A DNA stretch of 64,000 nt from NCBI GenBank assembly GCA_050300635.1, contig JBNKYC010000016.1, forward strand, positions 12,337 through 76,336, in the 5' to 3' direction. This document shows positions 1 through 9,382 of this stretch, in pieces. The translations under genes and the position numbers were made by a program. The notes below the pieces were generated by a model. That model ran no database searches, was not told the origin of the DNA, and saw nothing but the letters and a program-made list of their open reading frames with translations. This DNA comes from Polyangiaceae bacterium. GTDB taxonomy: Bacteria; Myxococcota_A; Polyangia; Polyangiales; Polyangiaceae. Every line of letters begins with the position of its first letter. Positions within the stretch are counted from its first letter, which is position 1.

Positions 1-43
1 AGTCCAAACAACCAATCAGCCGTATCGAAACTGCCCTGTTTTC

Positions 44-931
44 GTGGGTGAGCTGGCTGCTTCAACTCGGAGGGGGATGATGCTTCGTAGAAGTGGTCTT
101 TGGGATCCGAAACTGGCCTGTGTGCTGACCCAAGCGAGTGTGGCGGCTCTTTTCGTATTCGCCTTGCGTCCTGGACTCACTCAGATCAACGACAGCGACT
201 TCTTCGATGCGAGCGGTCTCATGCTGCTGGAGGTTCTCCGGATCGAAGGCAATACGCTCAACCTCCAAGTCTTGCACGCGCTCCCTCTTCTCTTGGTTGG
301 TTCCTTGCTGACGTGCCTCTGCCATCTCTGGCTCATGCTCGACGAACTGCGGCGCACCAACCCCGACTTTCGGCGCAGCTCGAAAGCACCTGCCCATGAC
401 CTATTGATCCAAACGCGTTCGCTGCTCGATGCCTATCCTGTGTACCTGGCGATCCACTTGGGAAGCTGGCTCATCTCCGGAGGATTCCTGGCCGGATGGG
501 GATACGCGACCCTTCAGGCAGCCCGACGACTCAACCGTGATCTCAGCGGCGTCACCCTACTTCAAACCTGTGCGCTACAGCTACTTCTGCTCGGCCTTTT
601 CCTGGCGCTGCTCGTCCTTTTCGATCTCCTCAAGCTCCACATATCGTGCGCTGAGTCGCCATCTCGCTCGCTTGCCAAAAATAACTGGGCTAAGGCGGTC
701 CTTTTGGGATTCACCAAGGCTCCGGGGTCGTTGCTTTTCGTCCGGCTGCTTCGTCTTGTGCTGAGCTGTGGCTTCGCGTTTTGCCTTTGGCTATTGCACC
801 GCGACCCCGATCAAAGCGGATGGGGCGCGAGCCTCGTGACTCAACTCGGCATCTACGGCGCGGTGCTGCTCGAAGCCGCCTGGTATCGCTATCTGATTCG
901 CCGCACCCTGACCTTCGCTCAGACGAGATGA
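44..931 (+). CDS. hypothetical multi-pass membrane protein
   Basis: 295-aa ORF with several long Leu-rich hydrophobic segments (LQLLLLGLFLALLVLFDLL, LVLSCGFAFCLWLL). No catalytic motif recognised. Start not verified. Confidence 0.4.
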   Translation: MGELAASTRRGMMLRRSGLWDPKLACVLTQASVAALFVFALRPGLTQINDSDFFDASGLMLLEVLRIEGNTLNLQVLHALPLLLVGSLLTCLCHLWLMLDELRRTNPDFRRSSKAPAHDLLIQTRSLLDAYPVYLAIHLGSWLISGGFLAGWGYATLQAARRLNRDLSGVTLLQTCALQLLLLGLFLALLVLFDLLKLHISCAESPSRSLAKNNWAKAVLLGFTKAPGSLLFVRLLRLVLSCGFAFCLWLLHRDPDQSGWGASLVTQLGIYGAVLLEAAWYRYLIRRTLTFAQTR

Positions 932-961
932 AAGAGAAGGCGGCTCCGCCCCCAACCAGGG

Positions 962-2368
962 CTAACGAGAAGAAACCAGCTGCGAGTACACCTGGATGTG
1001 GCGACGGGCCGCACGGTCCCACGCCAAGTCGCGGCGCATGACCCGAGAAAGCAGACGTCCATAGGCGGGAGCGCGGTAGGCACGCACCGCGCGCGCCACC
1101 GCCGTCTGCACACAACGCTGCGTCATCGAATCGAAGAGAAAGCCGTTGCCGGTATCCAGCTCGGGATCGCAGTCGACTACAACATCCGGGACAGCATCGA
1201 TTTGATAGGCGATGGGGATCGCCCCGTAGCGAGATGCCTGCATGAGCCCTACGCCCGTGGGATCAGACCGACGCACCGAAAGGTAGAAGTCGGATGCGGC
1301 CAGCACTTCACGGCGCATCTTTTCGTCCAGGCTTTCGACCGCAGCGAGGTGAGCACGAAAGTCACGACGCAAACCATCATCGATCCCTTCGGCACCACAC
1401 AGAACAAGCGTGACCTCATTGCGCATCAGCGCCGGAACGGCGCCCAGCACGGTAGACCAAGCTGGATCGCCTTCGGGATCGTGCTCGCAGAAAACGATCG
1501 GCCGAGCAGGATCAAACTCAAGCTCAAGTCGCCCAAGTAGCTGCACTCGATTGCGCCCTTTGTCTTCGGGGCGCGCCGCGTCGTAGCGACAACTCAAGGC
1601 CGCATCGGTAGCGGGGTTGTAGACGGCCTGATCGACGCCCTCGGTGATCGCTACTCGATTGACCGCCTGAAAGGCACGAGCCAGTCCCCCCTGAAGCTCA
1701 GGAGTGCACAATTTGTCGCCGTAGTTCTCCGAAGGCACGATCACCGTGTCCGACTGAGACAGCGCCCCTTTGAGAAGACTGATTTCTTCGCCAAGAGTAA
1801 AACCGTGGCTGCTCAGCCACTCTTCCGAAAGCCCCAGCTCTGCCGAGAGATCACGAGGGAAAGCGCCAGAGTAACTCGCGTCGCGCACCGTCGAAACACG
1901 AGCGACCCCCGACTCTTTAAGAGAAAGTAGGGCCAACCCCAACTCACAATCGTGGCTATGCACCACGTCAAAGGCCTGCCCCTGCTCTGCCTGATGGCGC
2001 GCCAAAGCGGCCACGGCGCGGCTCCATCGACTCAGCCACGCGGCCCTTTCGGGCAGAGCCTCGGGAAGCCCGTCGCTCGGAGTCTCAAGCCCCAGCACAT
2101 CGATGAGCGACAGTTGAACACCACTGGCCAGACCGACATCAAATACATGGGCCAGCTGCTCTTCCCTTCCATCGACCGTCTCGACCAAAGGAGAAACGCG
2201 ACGGGCCGGCACCAGTCCCGAGGTCTCGTACTCGCTGGATCGTGGAACGACCACCGTCACCGTGTGGTCAAGCAGTCGCAGCGCCTTGGCCAAGCTCGCC
2301 ACGGATTCGGCCGAAGGCCGTTTGGACGAATAGGGCGCGATTTCGGCTGCAACGAGCAAGATATTCAT
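962..2368 (-). CDS. glycogen/starch-synthase-like glycosyltransferase (GT5-like), divergent
   Basis: The N-terminus (MNILLVAAEIAPY) and the C-terminal GLMQASRYGAIPIA block resemble GlgA. The ORF is open to 2467, but the ATG at 2368 fits the family N-terminus. The KTGGL-type and EPCG-type motifs are not conserved. Confidence 0.65.
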   Translation of the reverse strand: MNILLVAAEIAPYSSKRPSAESVASLAKALRLLDHTVTVVVPRSSEYETSGLVPARRVSPLVETVDGREEQLAHVFDVGLASGVQLSLIDVLGLETPSDGLPEALPERAAWLSRWSRAVAALARHQAEQGQAFDVVHSHDCELGLALLSLKESGVARVSTVRDASYSGAFPRDLSAELGLSEEWLSSHGFTLGEEISLLKGALSQSDTVIVPSENYGDKLCTPELQGGLARAFQAVNRVAITEGVDQAVYNPATDAALSCRYDAARPEDKGRNRVQLLGRLELEFDPARPIVFCEHDPEGDPAWSTVLGAVPALMRNEVTLVLCGAEGIDDGLRRDFRAHLAAVESLDEKMRREVLAASDFYLSVRRSDPTGVGLMQASRYGAIPIAYQIDAVPDVVVDCDPELDTGNGFLFDSMTQRCVQTAVARAVRAYRAPAYGRLLSRVMRRDLAWDRAARRHIQVYSQLVSSR

Positions 2369-2511
2369 GAGCCGAGTCTCTACCCCTTTCTGCAAGGCCG
2401 GTCTAGCCGCCACGCTCGAGCCTCGCCGCAGCTTGGCGCCCGAGCTGTTTTTCGGGGCACTTTCCAAGGGTTAGCGGTCGTGACACCAAGGTGCTAGGGG
2501 GGCAGCTGCCG

Positions 2512-3411
2512 ATGGACGCATTGATTCAAAAAGCTGCGGTTCTGCACGAAGCTCTCCCCTACATTCAACGCTTTCAAGGTCGTGTCTTCGTCGTCAAGTA
2601 CGGCGGACACGCCATGGTCGACGAAAAGCTCAAGCGCTCTTTCGCGCGAGATGTCTGTCTGCTGCGCTATGTCGGAATCCACGTGATCGTGGTTCACGGC
2701 GGCGGGCCACAAATCAGCAAGACCCTGCAACAGATGGGGATCGAGTCCACCTTCCGTGGGGGACATCGGGTCACCGATGACGCCACGATGGATGTGGTCG
2801 AGATGGTCCTGGGTGGTCAGGTGAACTCCGAGATCGTCGGACTCATCTCCGAAGAAGGCGGGCGCGCCGTCGGCTTGAGCGGTAAAGATGCCCACCTGAT
2901 CACCGCCCGCCGCAAGGCACCCGTTATGGCTCCCTCAGAGGACGGAAACAGTATCCCAGTCGACCTCGGTCGAGTCGGAGTGATCGACACGGTGCGGCCG
3001 CAAATCTTAAAAGACCTATTCGACAAGGGTTATATCCCCGTCGTGGCCCCTATCGCCAAAGCCGAAAACGGCGAGGCTCTCAACGTCAACGCGGACACGG
3101 CCGCGGGTAAAATCGCCGCCGCGCTTCGTGCGGCCAAGCTCATGTTGATGACCGACGTGGAAGGGGTCAAAGACGGAGGGGGCAAGTTGATTCGCTCTTT
3201 GCGTGCCCGCGAAGCCAAACGCCTCATCGCCGAAGACGTGATCTCAGGAGGCATGATCCCCAAGGTCGAGTGCGCCCTTTCAGCGGTAGATGGCGGGGTC
3301 GAAAAAGTGCACATCGTCGACGGCCGCGTCGTCCACGCTCTGCTCTTGGAGATCTTCACCGACCAAGGCATCGGCTCCGAAATCCAGAAACTCGACGACG
3401 GAGCTCTCTAG
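2512..3411 (+). CDS. argB: acetylglutamate kinase
   Basis: LPYIQRFQGRVFVVKYGGHAM, VVHGGGPQI and NVNADTAAG are typical ArgB motifs. ATG at 2512; the ORF is open from a GTG at 2491. Confidence 0.9.
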   Translation: MDALIQKAAVLHEALPYIQRFQGRVFVVKYGGHAMVDEKLKRSFARDVCLLRYVGIHVIVVHGGGPQISKTLQQMGIESTFRGGHRVTDDATMDVVEMVLGGQVNSEIVGLISEEGGRAVGLSGKDAHLITARRKAPVMAPSEDGNSIPVDLGRVGVIDTVRPQILKDLFDKGYIPVVAPIAKAENGEALNVNADTAAGKIAAALRAAKLMLMTDVEGVKDGGGKLIRSLRAREAKRLIAEDVISGGMIPKVECALSAVDGGVEKVHIVDGRVVHALLLEIFTDQGIGSEIQKLDDGAL

Positions 3412-3427
3412 GAGCAAGTTACAATTC

Positions 3428-4456
3428 GTGAGCCAAGAGCCGAAACGCCCCGGGGGGGTGGACGAAGACGCGATACTGCGAGTGATTCGCGTCCCGCCTG
3501 AATCCCAAGGCATGCGCCTCGACCGGTTCTTAACTACACAACTGCGTGCCACCAGCCGCACCCGCGCGGCCCTGATCATCGAAAACTCGGCGTTTAGCTG
3601 GGATGGGCGACGCCTCAAACCATCCGAGAGGGTCAAAGCGGAAGCTCGTATTGCTCTATGGCGACCAGCCTTGGACGAGGCCCCCCCCCCCACCGCCATC
3701 ACGACCATCTACGAAGACGAGCACCTCCTCGTCGTCAACAAGCCGCCTTTGATGACCGTGCATCCAACGGCACGCCACAATCGCCACACGGTGATTCGCT
3801 CACTTCAGGCCAGTCGCCCAGGGGAGCACCTGTCGCTGATTCATCGACTCGATCGCGAAACAAGCGGCATCTTGATGCTCGCCAAAAGTCCAAAGGCGGA
3901 CGCTTCTTTCAAAAAACAGATCGAGGGTCGGGCCAAAGCGGAAGCTCGCGCAGCACAACGTGGCGAGGCACTCCCCGATCGTTGTGACAAGATCTACCTG
4001 GCCATCACCTGGGGCCGACCGGAAGGAGGACTCGTCAACGCTCCTCTCGACGCCGATCCCAGTCCACTGCGCGTCAAGATGCGCGTGGTCACGCCCGGTC
4101 AGGGGCTTCCAGCGCGCACGGGCGTCCAGGTCATGGAGCAACGCGGCGACTATAGTCTGGTCCGCTGCGAACTATACACCGGTAGACAACACCAAATCCG
4201 GGTCCATCTTGCACACCGAGGGACCCCCATCGTCGGTGACAAACTTTATGGTCCCGACGAGATCTACCTGGCCCGGGGCGCCGACAACGAACTGACCGAG
4301 GATGATCTGCGCGTACTCGAATTGCCGCGCCACGCTCTGCACTCGACCTACTACAGGGTGGTTCACCCCTTCTTTGAGCGAGAAGTCGAGTTCGAGGCGC
4401 CCCTGCCCGAAGACCTGACTACCTTTTGGGAACAAAAACGCATCAAGTCCTTGTGA
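3428..4456 (+). CDS. RluA-family 23S rRNA pseudouridine synthase (RluD-like, S4 domain N-terminal)
   Basis: Catalytic HRLDRETSGILMLAK motif, LLVVNKP, and GRQHQIRVHLA. The in-frame GTG at 3428 lies just after the argB stop, so the longer 3290 start would overlap argB. Confidence 0.85.
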   Translation: MSQEPKRPGGVDEDAILRVIRVPPESQGMRLDRFLTTQLRATSRTRAALIIENSAFSWDGRRLKPSERVKAEARIALWRPALDEAPPPTAITTIYEDEHLLVVNKPPLMTVHPTARHNRHTVIRSLQASRPGEHLSLIHRLDRETSGILMLAKSPKADASFKKQIEGRAKAEARAAQRGEALPDRCDKIYLAITWGRPEGGLVNAPLDADPSPLRVKMRVVTPGQGLPARTGVQVMEQRGDYSLVRCELYTGRQHQIRVHLAHRGTPIVGDKLYGPDEIYLARGADNELTEDDLRVLELPRHALHSTYYRVVHPFFEREVEFEAPLPEDLTTFWEQKRIKSL

Positions 4457-4594
4457 AGGCGCACACCAAGAGCCCGCGCGACGGACGCAATCGCTCAAGG
4501 TAGTGACGCACCCGAGAGCCTCAAGGGGGCCAAACTGGTGGAGATCAAGAGCGAAGTTGACGAGGCAGGGTCGGGACGTTACCCCGGCTTCAAT

Positions 4595-6157
4595 ATGCCG
4601 ATTCGCCGAGCCCTTCTCTCCGTTTCCGACAAAACTGGCCTGGTCAGCTTCGCCCGCGCGCTTTCAGAACGCGGCGTCGAACTGCTCTCCACCGGTGGCA
4701 CCTTCAGCACCCTCAAGCAAGCCGGGATCCCAGTCGTGGCTGTGGATGAGTACACCGGCTCACCGGAGGTCATGGCGGGGCGGGTCAAAACTTTACACCC
4801 CAAGATCCACGGAGGGATCCTCGCTCGAGAGGGAACAGACGAAGCCGATCTCGAAAAGCTCGGGGCGGGATTCATCGATCTGGTGGTGGTCAACCTCTAC
4901 CCCTTCGAGCAAACCCTCAAAAACCCAGATTCGACCTTTGAAGAACTCATCGAAAAGATCGACATCGGTGGACCGAGCATGGTCCGTAGCGCCGCCAAGA
5001 ACCACAGCCGAGTCGGCATCATTTGTGATCCCTCCGACTATGGTCGAGTCCTGGAAGAAATCGAAAAAACGGGTGAGCTCAGCATCACGACCCGCAAAAA
5101 GTTGGCTGGCAAGGCTTTCGCTCAGACGGCAGCCTATGATGCAGCCATCTCGGGCTGGATGACTGGTCTGGATGAAGGAGACGGATTTCCGCAAAACCTC
5201 ACACTACCTCTGACCAAGGGTTACGGCCTGCGCTACGGCGAAAACCCCCACCAAAAGGCGGCCTTTTATGTGGAGCGGGACGCGCCAGAGGGCTGTTTGG
5301 CGCGCGCCGAAAGCCTGGGAGCTGGCGCCAAAGAGCTGTCTTTCAACAACCTCGTGGACGCGAGTGCAGCTGTGGAAGCCGTACGTGAGCTCGTCGAACC
5401 AGGTGCTGTGGTGATCAAACATGCCTGCCCCTGCGGTGCAGCCACGGCTCCGACCCTCAAGCAGGCCTACCACGCGGCCCGCGAGGCTGACCCTGTCAGC
5501 GCTTTCGGCGGCATCGTGGCTCTCAACCGCCAGGTCGATGCTGAGACAGCGGCGCTGCTGGCTGAGACTTTTCTCGAATGCATCATCGCTCCCACTTTCT
5601 CGGAAGAGGCGCTCGCGACTCTGCGCAAGAAGCAGAACCTACGCCTCTTGGCCACCGGCGCCTGGCTCGACGGTGCCCATCATGCACTTTACGCAAAGGG
5701 GATTGGCGGTGGCTATGTCGTGCAAGAGCGAGACGCTTCGGCCGCAGGTGAGGTCAAGAGCGGCACCGTTGCTACCGAAAAGAAGCCCGACGACGAGATG
5801 TTGGCGGCTCTGGAGTTCGCCTGGGCGATCTGCAAACACGTGCGCAGCAACGCAATTCTTCTCGCGCGCCAAGTTGAGCCGGGCGTCTACGCCACGGTTG
5901 GGGTGGGCGGCGGCCAAACGGCACGGGTCAACGCCGTGAAAATCGCCTGCGAACAGGCCGGGGATTTGGCGAAGGGAGCCGTCTTGGCCTCCGATGCGTT
6001 CTTCCCCTTCCCCGACGGAGTGGAGGTCGCGGCAGCTTCTGGGATTTGTGCGGTCGCCCAGCCCGGAGGCAGCAAAAAAGATCCGGACGTGATCGAAACG
6101 GCCAATCGTCTGGGGCTGACGATGGTGATGACGGGTCATCGCCACTTCCGACACTGA
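4595..6157 (+). CDS. purH: bifunctional AICAR transformylase / IMP cyclohydrolase
   Basis: [42 protein letters not shown] and a C-terminal RHFRH. ATG at 4595 ([10 protein letters not shown]). Confidence 0.95.
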   Translation: MPIRRALLSVSDKTGLVSFARALSERGVELLSTGGTFSTLKQAGIPVVAVDEYTGSPEVMAGRVKTLHPKIHGGILAREGTDEADLEKLGAGFIDLVVVNLYPFEQTLKNPDSTFEELIEKIDIGGPSMVRSAAKNHSRVGIICDPSDYGRVLEEIEKTGELSITTRKKLAGKAFAQTAAYDAAISGWMTGLDEGDGFPQNLTLPLTKGYGLRYGENPHQKAAFYVERDAPEGCLARAESLGAGAKELSFNNLVDASAAVEAVRELVEPGAVVIKHACPCGAATAPTLKQAYHAAREADPVSAFGGIVALNRQVDAETAALLAETFLECIIAPTFSEEALATLRKKQNLRLLATGAWLDGAHHALYAKGIGGGYVVQERDASAAGEVKSGTVATEKKPDDEMLAALEFAWAICKHVRSNAILLARQVEPGVYATVGVGGGQTARVNAVKIACEQAGDLAKGAVLASDAFFPFPDGVEVAAASGICAVAQPGGSKKDPDVIETANRLGLTMVMTGHRHFRH

Positions 6158-6287
6158 GCGGATCAGCTTCTTTGAGCGATTATGTGGGTCGTCATTGAGT
6201 AGTTCGACAAGAACTTCCAGAAAGTTGGCCAAGATCTGAAAGAGATGCGATTCCCATCCTGCGCGGTCGGCGAGCCGCATAGGAGGC

Positions 6288-6596
6288 ATGATGAGCGATC
6301 AATCAGACTATCAGGCGGCTGTTAAGGCCATTGACAACGACGACTCCATCCCCACGGGGATGTACCCCGGCCCCAAGAGCGCCGGGCCCAACCGAGAGGG
6401 GTCCCCTCGAGAAAAGATGGAGAAGCCCACCCATTACAAGGTGATTTGCATCTCTATGTACACCAAGGACCTCAAGCGCCTCGATGAGATGGTGGACACC
6501 TTGAAGGCCAAGGGTATGACCAAGGCTAATCGCAGCGCACTCATTCGTTATGCGCTCAACGAGGTTGATCTGGACCAGGTTCCCCAGGGTATCTGA
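6288..6596 (+). CDS. small ribbon-helix-helix (CopG/ParG-like) DNA-binding protein
   Basis: The C-terminal 45 aa (HYKVICISMYTKDLKRLDEMVDTLKAKGMTKANRSALIRYAL) fit a beta-alpha-alpha RHH pattern. The N-terminal half looks disordered. A strong terminator follows. Confidence 0.5.
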   Translation: MMSDQSDYQAAVKAIDNDDSIPTGMYPGPKSAGPNREGSPREKMEKPTHYKVICISMYTKDLKRLDEMVDTLKAKGMTKANRSALIRYALNEVDLDQVPQGI

Positions 6597-6629
6597 TCAG
6601 GACACAAACACATCTCGCCGAATAGAAAG

Positions 6630-6662
6630 GCGGTGCACCAAGGTGCGCCGCTTTTCTTTTTT
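6630..6662 (+). terminator. rho-independent terminator
   Basis: GCGGTGCAC-CAAG-GTGCGCCGC forms a 9-bp stem with one G.U pair, followed by TTTTCTTTTTT. Confidence 0.8.
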
Positions 6663-6716
6663 GTCCCACCCGGCCCTGGGGGCTGCTTCGCGGCAGTGCT
6701 CAGATATACTGCCTTC

Positions 6717-7796
6717 GTGCCAAGCTCGTCCCCCCACGCTCCCGCCGAAGCCCCCACGCGGGCTGAGGCATTGGGGATTTCTCGGCACGCCTGGGACTTG
6801 TATCGCTCGAGCGTCGTCATCGATCTGCACATCGAGTCCTACAGTTTCTATCGCAGCTTCGGCTACAACCCCACGCGCCGCCACGGAACGGGGCTCAACC
6901 GCGCGCTACTGTTTGGACAGGCGGATTTGCCGCGTCTGTGTGAAGCCGGCATCCATGGAGGGACCTGGGTCATCACCGCCAACCCCCTGCGGCCCCCCGA
7001 AGAGAGAGCCTCGAGCTTCTTGAGCTATCTCAACGAACTTTCGGGTCTGCTGACTCAAGCAACCACCAAAACCAACATCGTGCGCAACGTTCCCGAGTTT
7101 GAAGCGGCTCGGCGAAGGGGACGACATGGCGCTTTCATTGGCGTGCAAGGAGCCAATGCCCTTCCTTCGGACCTGAGCTTTCTCGAGCAAATCAGCAGTC
7201 GTATCCTCCGCGTCACTCTTCTGCACATGAGTGACTCAACTTGGGGGTGCACCAGTACCCCTCGCCCCCGCTTTCGAGACACGGGACTGACGCAGCAAGG
7301 CTTCGAACTCGTCGAGGCCTTGAACACCTGCCGCATCGGCGTCGATCTGGCTCACATTCACCCACAGGGCTTTTGGGATGCCGTGGGCGCGCACGACAAT
7401 GCACTGCCTTTGATGGTCACCCATACTGGAGTCAGTGGGATTCATCGGCACTGGCGCAATCTCGACGATCAACAGCTCAGAGCCATTGCCGATTCGGGCG
7501 GAGTCATCGGAATCATGTACCACGCGCTGTACCTGGGAGACCCATTGTTGGCTGGACGAGCCCACACCGTGGCACGCCACATCAAGCACGCCCTCGACGT
7601 GGTAGGAGAAGACCATGTCGCTCTGGGCAGCGACTGGGACGGGCTCATCTGCACGCCCCGGGATATGCCGACTTGTTTGGAGCTCCCTCGACTGGTCCAA
7701 GAGCTCCTTAACCTGGGGGTGAACGAATCGAGCATCGTCAAACTCTTGGGCCAAAACTTCCTGCGTGTAGTCGATGCCCTGAAGGGACGCCCATGA
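6717..7796 (+). CDS. membrane dipeptidase, peptidase M19 family
   Basis: RNLDDQQLRAIADSGGVIGIMY and GEDHVALGSDWDG match M19 blocks. The 6633 ORF start lies inside the upstream terminator, so a later start (GTG 6717 or TTG 6771) is likelier. The start is uncertain. Confidence 0.75.
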   Translation: MPSSSPHAPAEAPTRAEALGISRHAWDLYRSSVVIDLHIESYSFYRSFGYNPTRRHGTGLNRALLFGQADLPRLCEAGIHGGTWVITANPLRPPEERASSFLSYLNELSGLLTQATTKTNIVRNVPEFEAARRRGRHGAFIGVQGANALPSDLSFLEQISSRILRVTLLHMSDSTWGCTSTPRPRFRDTGLTQQGFELVEALNTCRIGVDLAHIHPQGFWDAVGAHDNALPLMVTHTGVSGIHRHWRNLDDQQLRAIADSGGVIGIMYHALYLGDPLLAGRAHTVARHIKHALDVVGEDHVALGSDWDGLICTPRDMPTCLELPRLVQELLNLGVNESSIVKLLGQNFLRVVDALKGRP

Positions 7797-9130
7797 GCAA
7801 GAAAGTCCGCTGGATTCTACACGCTGATATGGACGCTTTTTACGCCTCCGTCGAGCAGCGCGACCACCCAGAACTACGGGGTAAACCGGTCATTGTCGGT
7901 GCGCGAGGGGCTCGTGGGGTCGTCTCGGCTGCCAGTTATGAAGCACGTGTCTTTGGAGTGCGCTCGGCAATGCCGGGCTTTCAGGCACACAAGTTGTGCC
8001 CCCAAGGTGTCTTTTTGGATGGCGACATGAAGAAGTACGCCAGCGTAAGTCGAAAGATCCACCAAGTCTTTCAGGAGTTCAGCGACGAGATCGAACCCCT
8101 GGCCCTCGACGAGGCCTTCATCGATATCACCGGCAGTCTCGGATTGTTTGGAACCCCAAAGGAACTGGGACGCAGACTCAAAGAACGTGTCATGGAGTCT
8201 GTCGGATTGGTCGTTTCTGTTGGGATCGCGCGCAACAAGCTACTGGCGAAAATGGCTTGTTCCCAAGGAAAGCCCGACGGCCTCTTCGTCCTCGAAGAAC
8301 AAGACATCGAGCCCTTCCTGGCCCCTCAACCCGTGCGTGCCCTCTACGGCGTTGGACCCAAGACAGCGGAACAACTCACGAAAACCGGAATTGTTACTCT
8401 GGGCCAGCTTTCACGGGCCTCCATGCGCTTGCTGCGCCCCATCTTCGGTGATCATGCTCCCGAGATCCGCGCCCGAGCCCAAGGCATCGACCAGCGCCCG
8501 GTGCAAAGCGATCGCGAACCCAAGTCCATCGGCGAAGAAGCCACCTTCGCGGACAACGTAACCGACGACGAACGCATCGTAGCGGCCATCATTTCCCATT
8601 CTGAAATGGTCGCCGCACGAGCTCGGCGGAGCGGGTTTCGGGGACGCACAGTGACTCTAAAGGTCAAGTTGGCTCGTCGGAAGCACTGGGGCGACAAGAC
8701 AGTCGCCAATCACGAACTCTTTCCAGTCGTGAGCCGTCAGAGCAAGCTCCCCGCGCCCACTGTAGATGGGTCAGAAATCAGCCGCGTCGCGCGAGAGCTC
8801 TACGCCAAACTACAGCTCAAAGAACCGGTTCGGCTGGTGGGCGTGACTCTGAGCAGCTTGGAGCGCGAAGAAGCCCCCCGTCAGCTCGATCTGTTTTCGC
8901 TCGGAGCGCCCGCTCCGCCTCGCCCCTTCGCACCGGAAAAGTCGGGAGAGCTCACTTCACGGCAACGACGTACCCGTACCAAGGGCGAACAGCTCGGGGC
9001 CACCCTCGATCAAATCACCGCTCGCTTCGGGAGCGACGCCGTGACGCGTGGCGGGCATAAAGTCGACAAGATTGCGGCGAGCGACAAGCTGAAGCTGGGC
9101 GAGCTCGAAGGGGACGAGGAAACCCCGTAA
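7793..9130 (+). CDS. dinB: DNA polymerase IV (Y-family)
   Basis: ILHADMDAFYASVEQRDHPELRGKPVIVG and LDEAFIDITG. ATGA start/stop overlap with the upstream dipeptidase gene. Confidence 0.95.
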   Translation: MSKKVRWILHADMDAFYASVEQRDHPELRGKPVIVGARGARGVVSAASYEARVFGVRSAMPGFQAHKLCPQGVFLDGDMKKYASVSRKIHQVFQEFSDEIEPLALDEAFIDITGSLGLFGTPKELGRRLKERVMESVGLVVSVGIARNKLLAKMACSQGKPDGLFVLEEQDIEPFLAPQPVRALYGVGPKTAEQLTKTGIVTLGQLSRASMRLLRPIFGDHAPEIRARAQGIDQRPVQSDREPKSIGEEATFADNVTDDERIVAAIISHSEMVAARARRSGFRGRTVTLKVKLARRKHWGDKTVANHELFPVVSRQSKLPAPTVDGSEISRVARELYAKLQLKEPVRLVGVTLSSLEREEAPRQLDLFSLGAPAPPRPFAPEKSGELTSRQRRTRTKGEQLGATLDQITARFGSDAVTRGGHKVDKIAASDKLKLGELEGDEETP

Positions 9131-9183
9131 CGCCTCGGCCCCCCACCATCCTGCGGCACTCGACGATCAGCCGCTAAGAGCAT

Positions 9184-9382
9184 CTAGTGCTGCAACCGTT
9201 TAAATTTGAGCGCTTCTTGCTCTATCAGCGTTGAGAGACGGCTCGGTTTTCAGGAAGGGTCGCGGCACAAATGGGAAGAGAAAAATGCGGAGACAGAGAG
9301 GGCCGAGCGCGGTTGCGAAGCCGACCTCACGTTCTTGGGGAGAGCTTCGCAACCGCTCATTTCTAAGTGGTCGTAGCACTAG
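9184..9382. repeat. 199-bp CTAG-bounded structured repeat, copy A (candidate MITE or ncRNA)
   Basis: 183/199 identical to 56865-57063 in the same orientation. Terminal inverted repeats CTAGTGCTGCAACCG / GGTCGTAGCACTAG. Internal perfect 13-bp hairpin at 9309-9321 / 9344-9356. Confidence 0.85.

Noticed and set aside
3290-3427. Long N-terminal extensions of track ORFs. Examples are 3290 for the pseudouridine synthase, 6633 for the dipeptidase, 21240 for the nucleotidyltransferase, 42685 for the FAD oxidase and 59377 for the methyltransferase.
   Set aside because: These extensions overlap the neighbouring gene, a terminator or the divergent gene. Family-consistent internal starts exist for each.
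9184-9382. Retron msr/msd, 6S RNA or group II intron fragment as the identity of the 199-bp element
   Set aside because: No reverse transcriptase or intron ORF lies nearby. The self-contained 3-prime hairpin and purine-rich centre do not fit the single long interrupted helix with a central bubble seen in 6S RNA. No other family was recognised, so the element is reported as unclassified.
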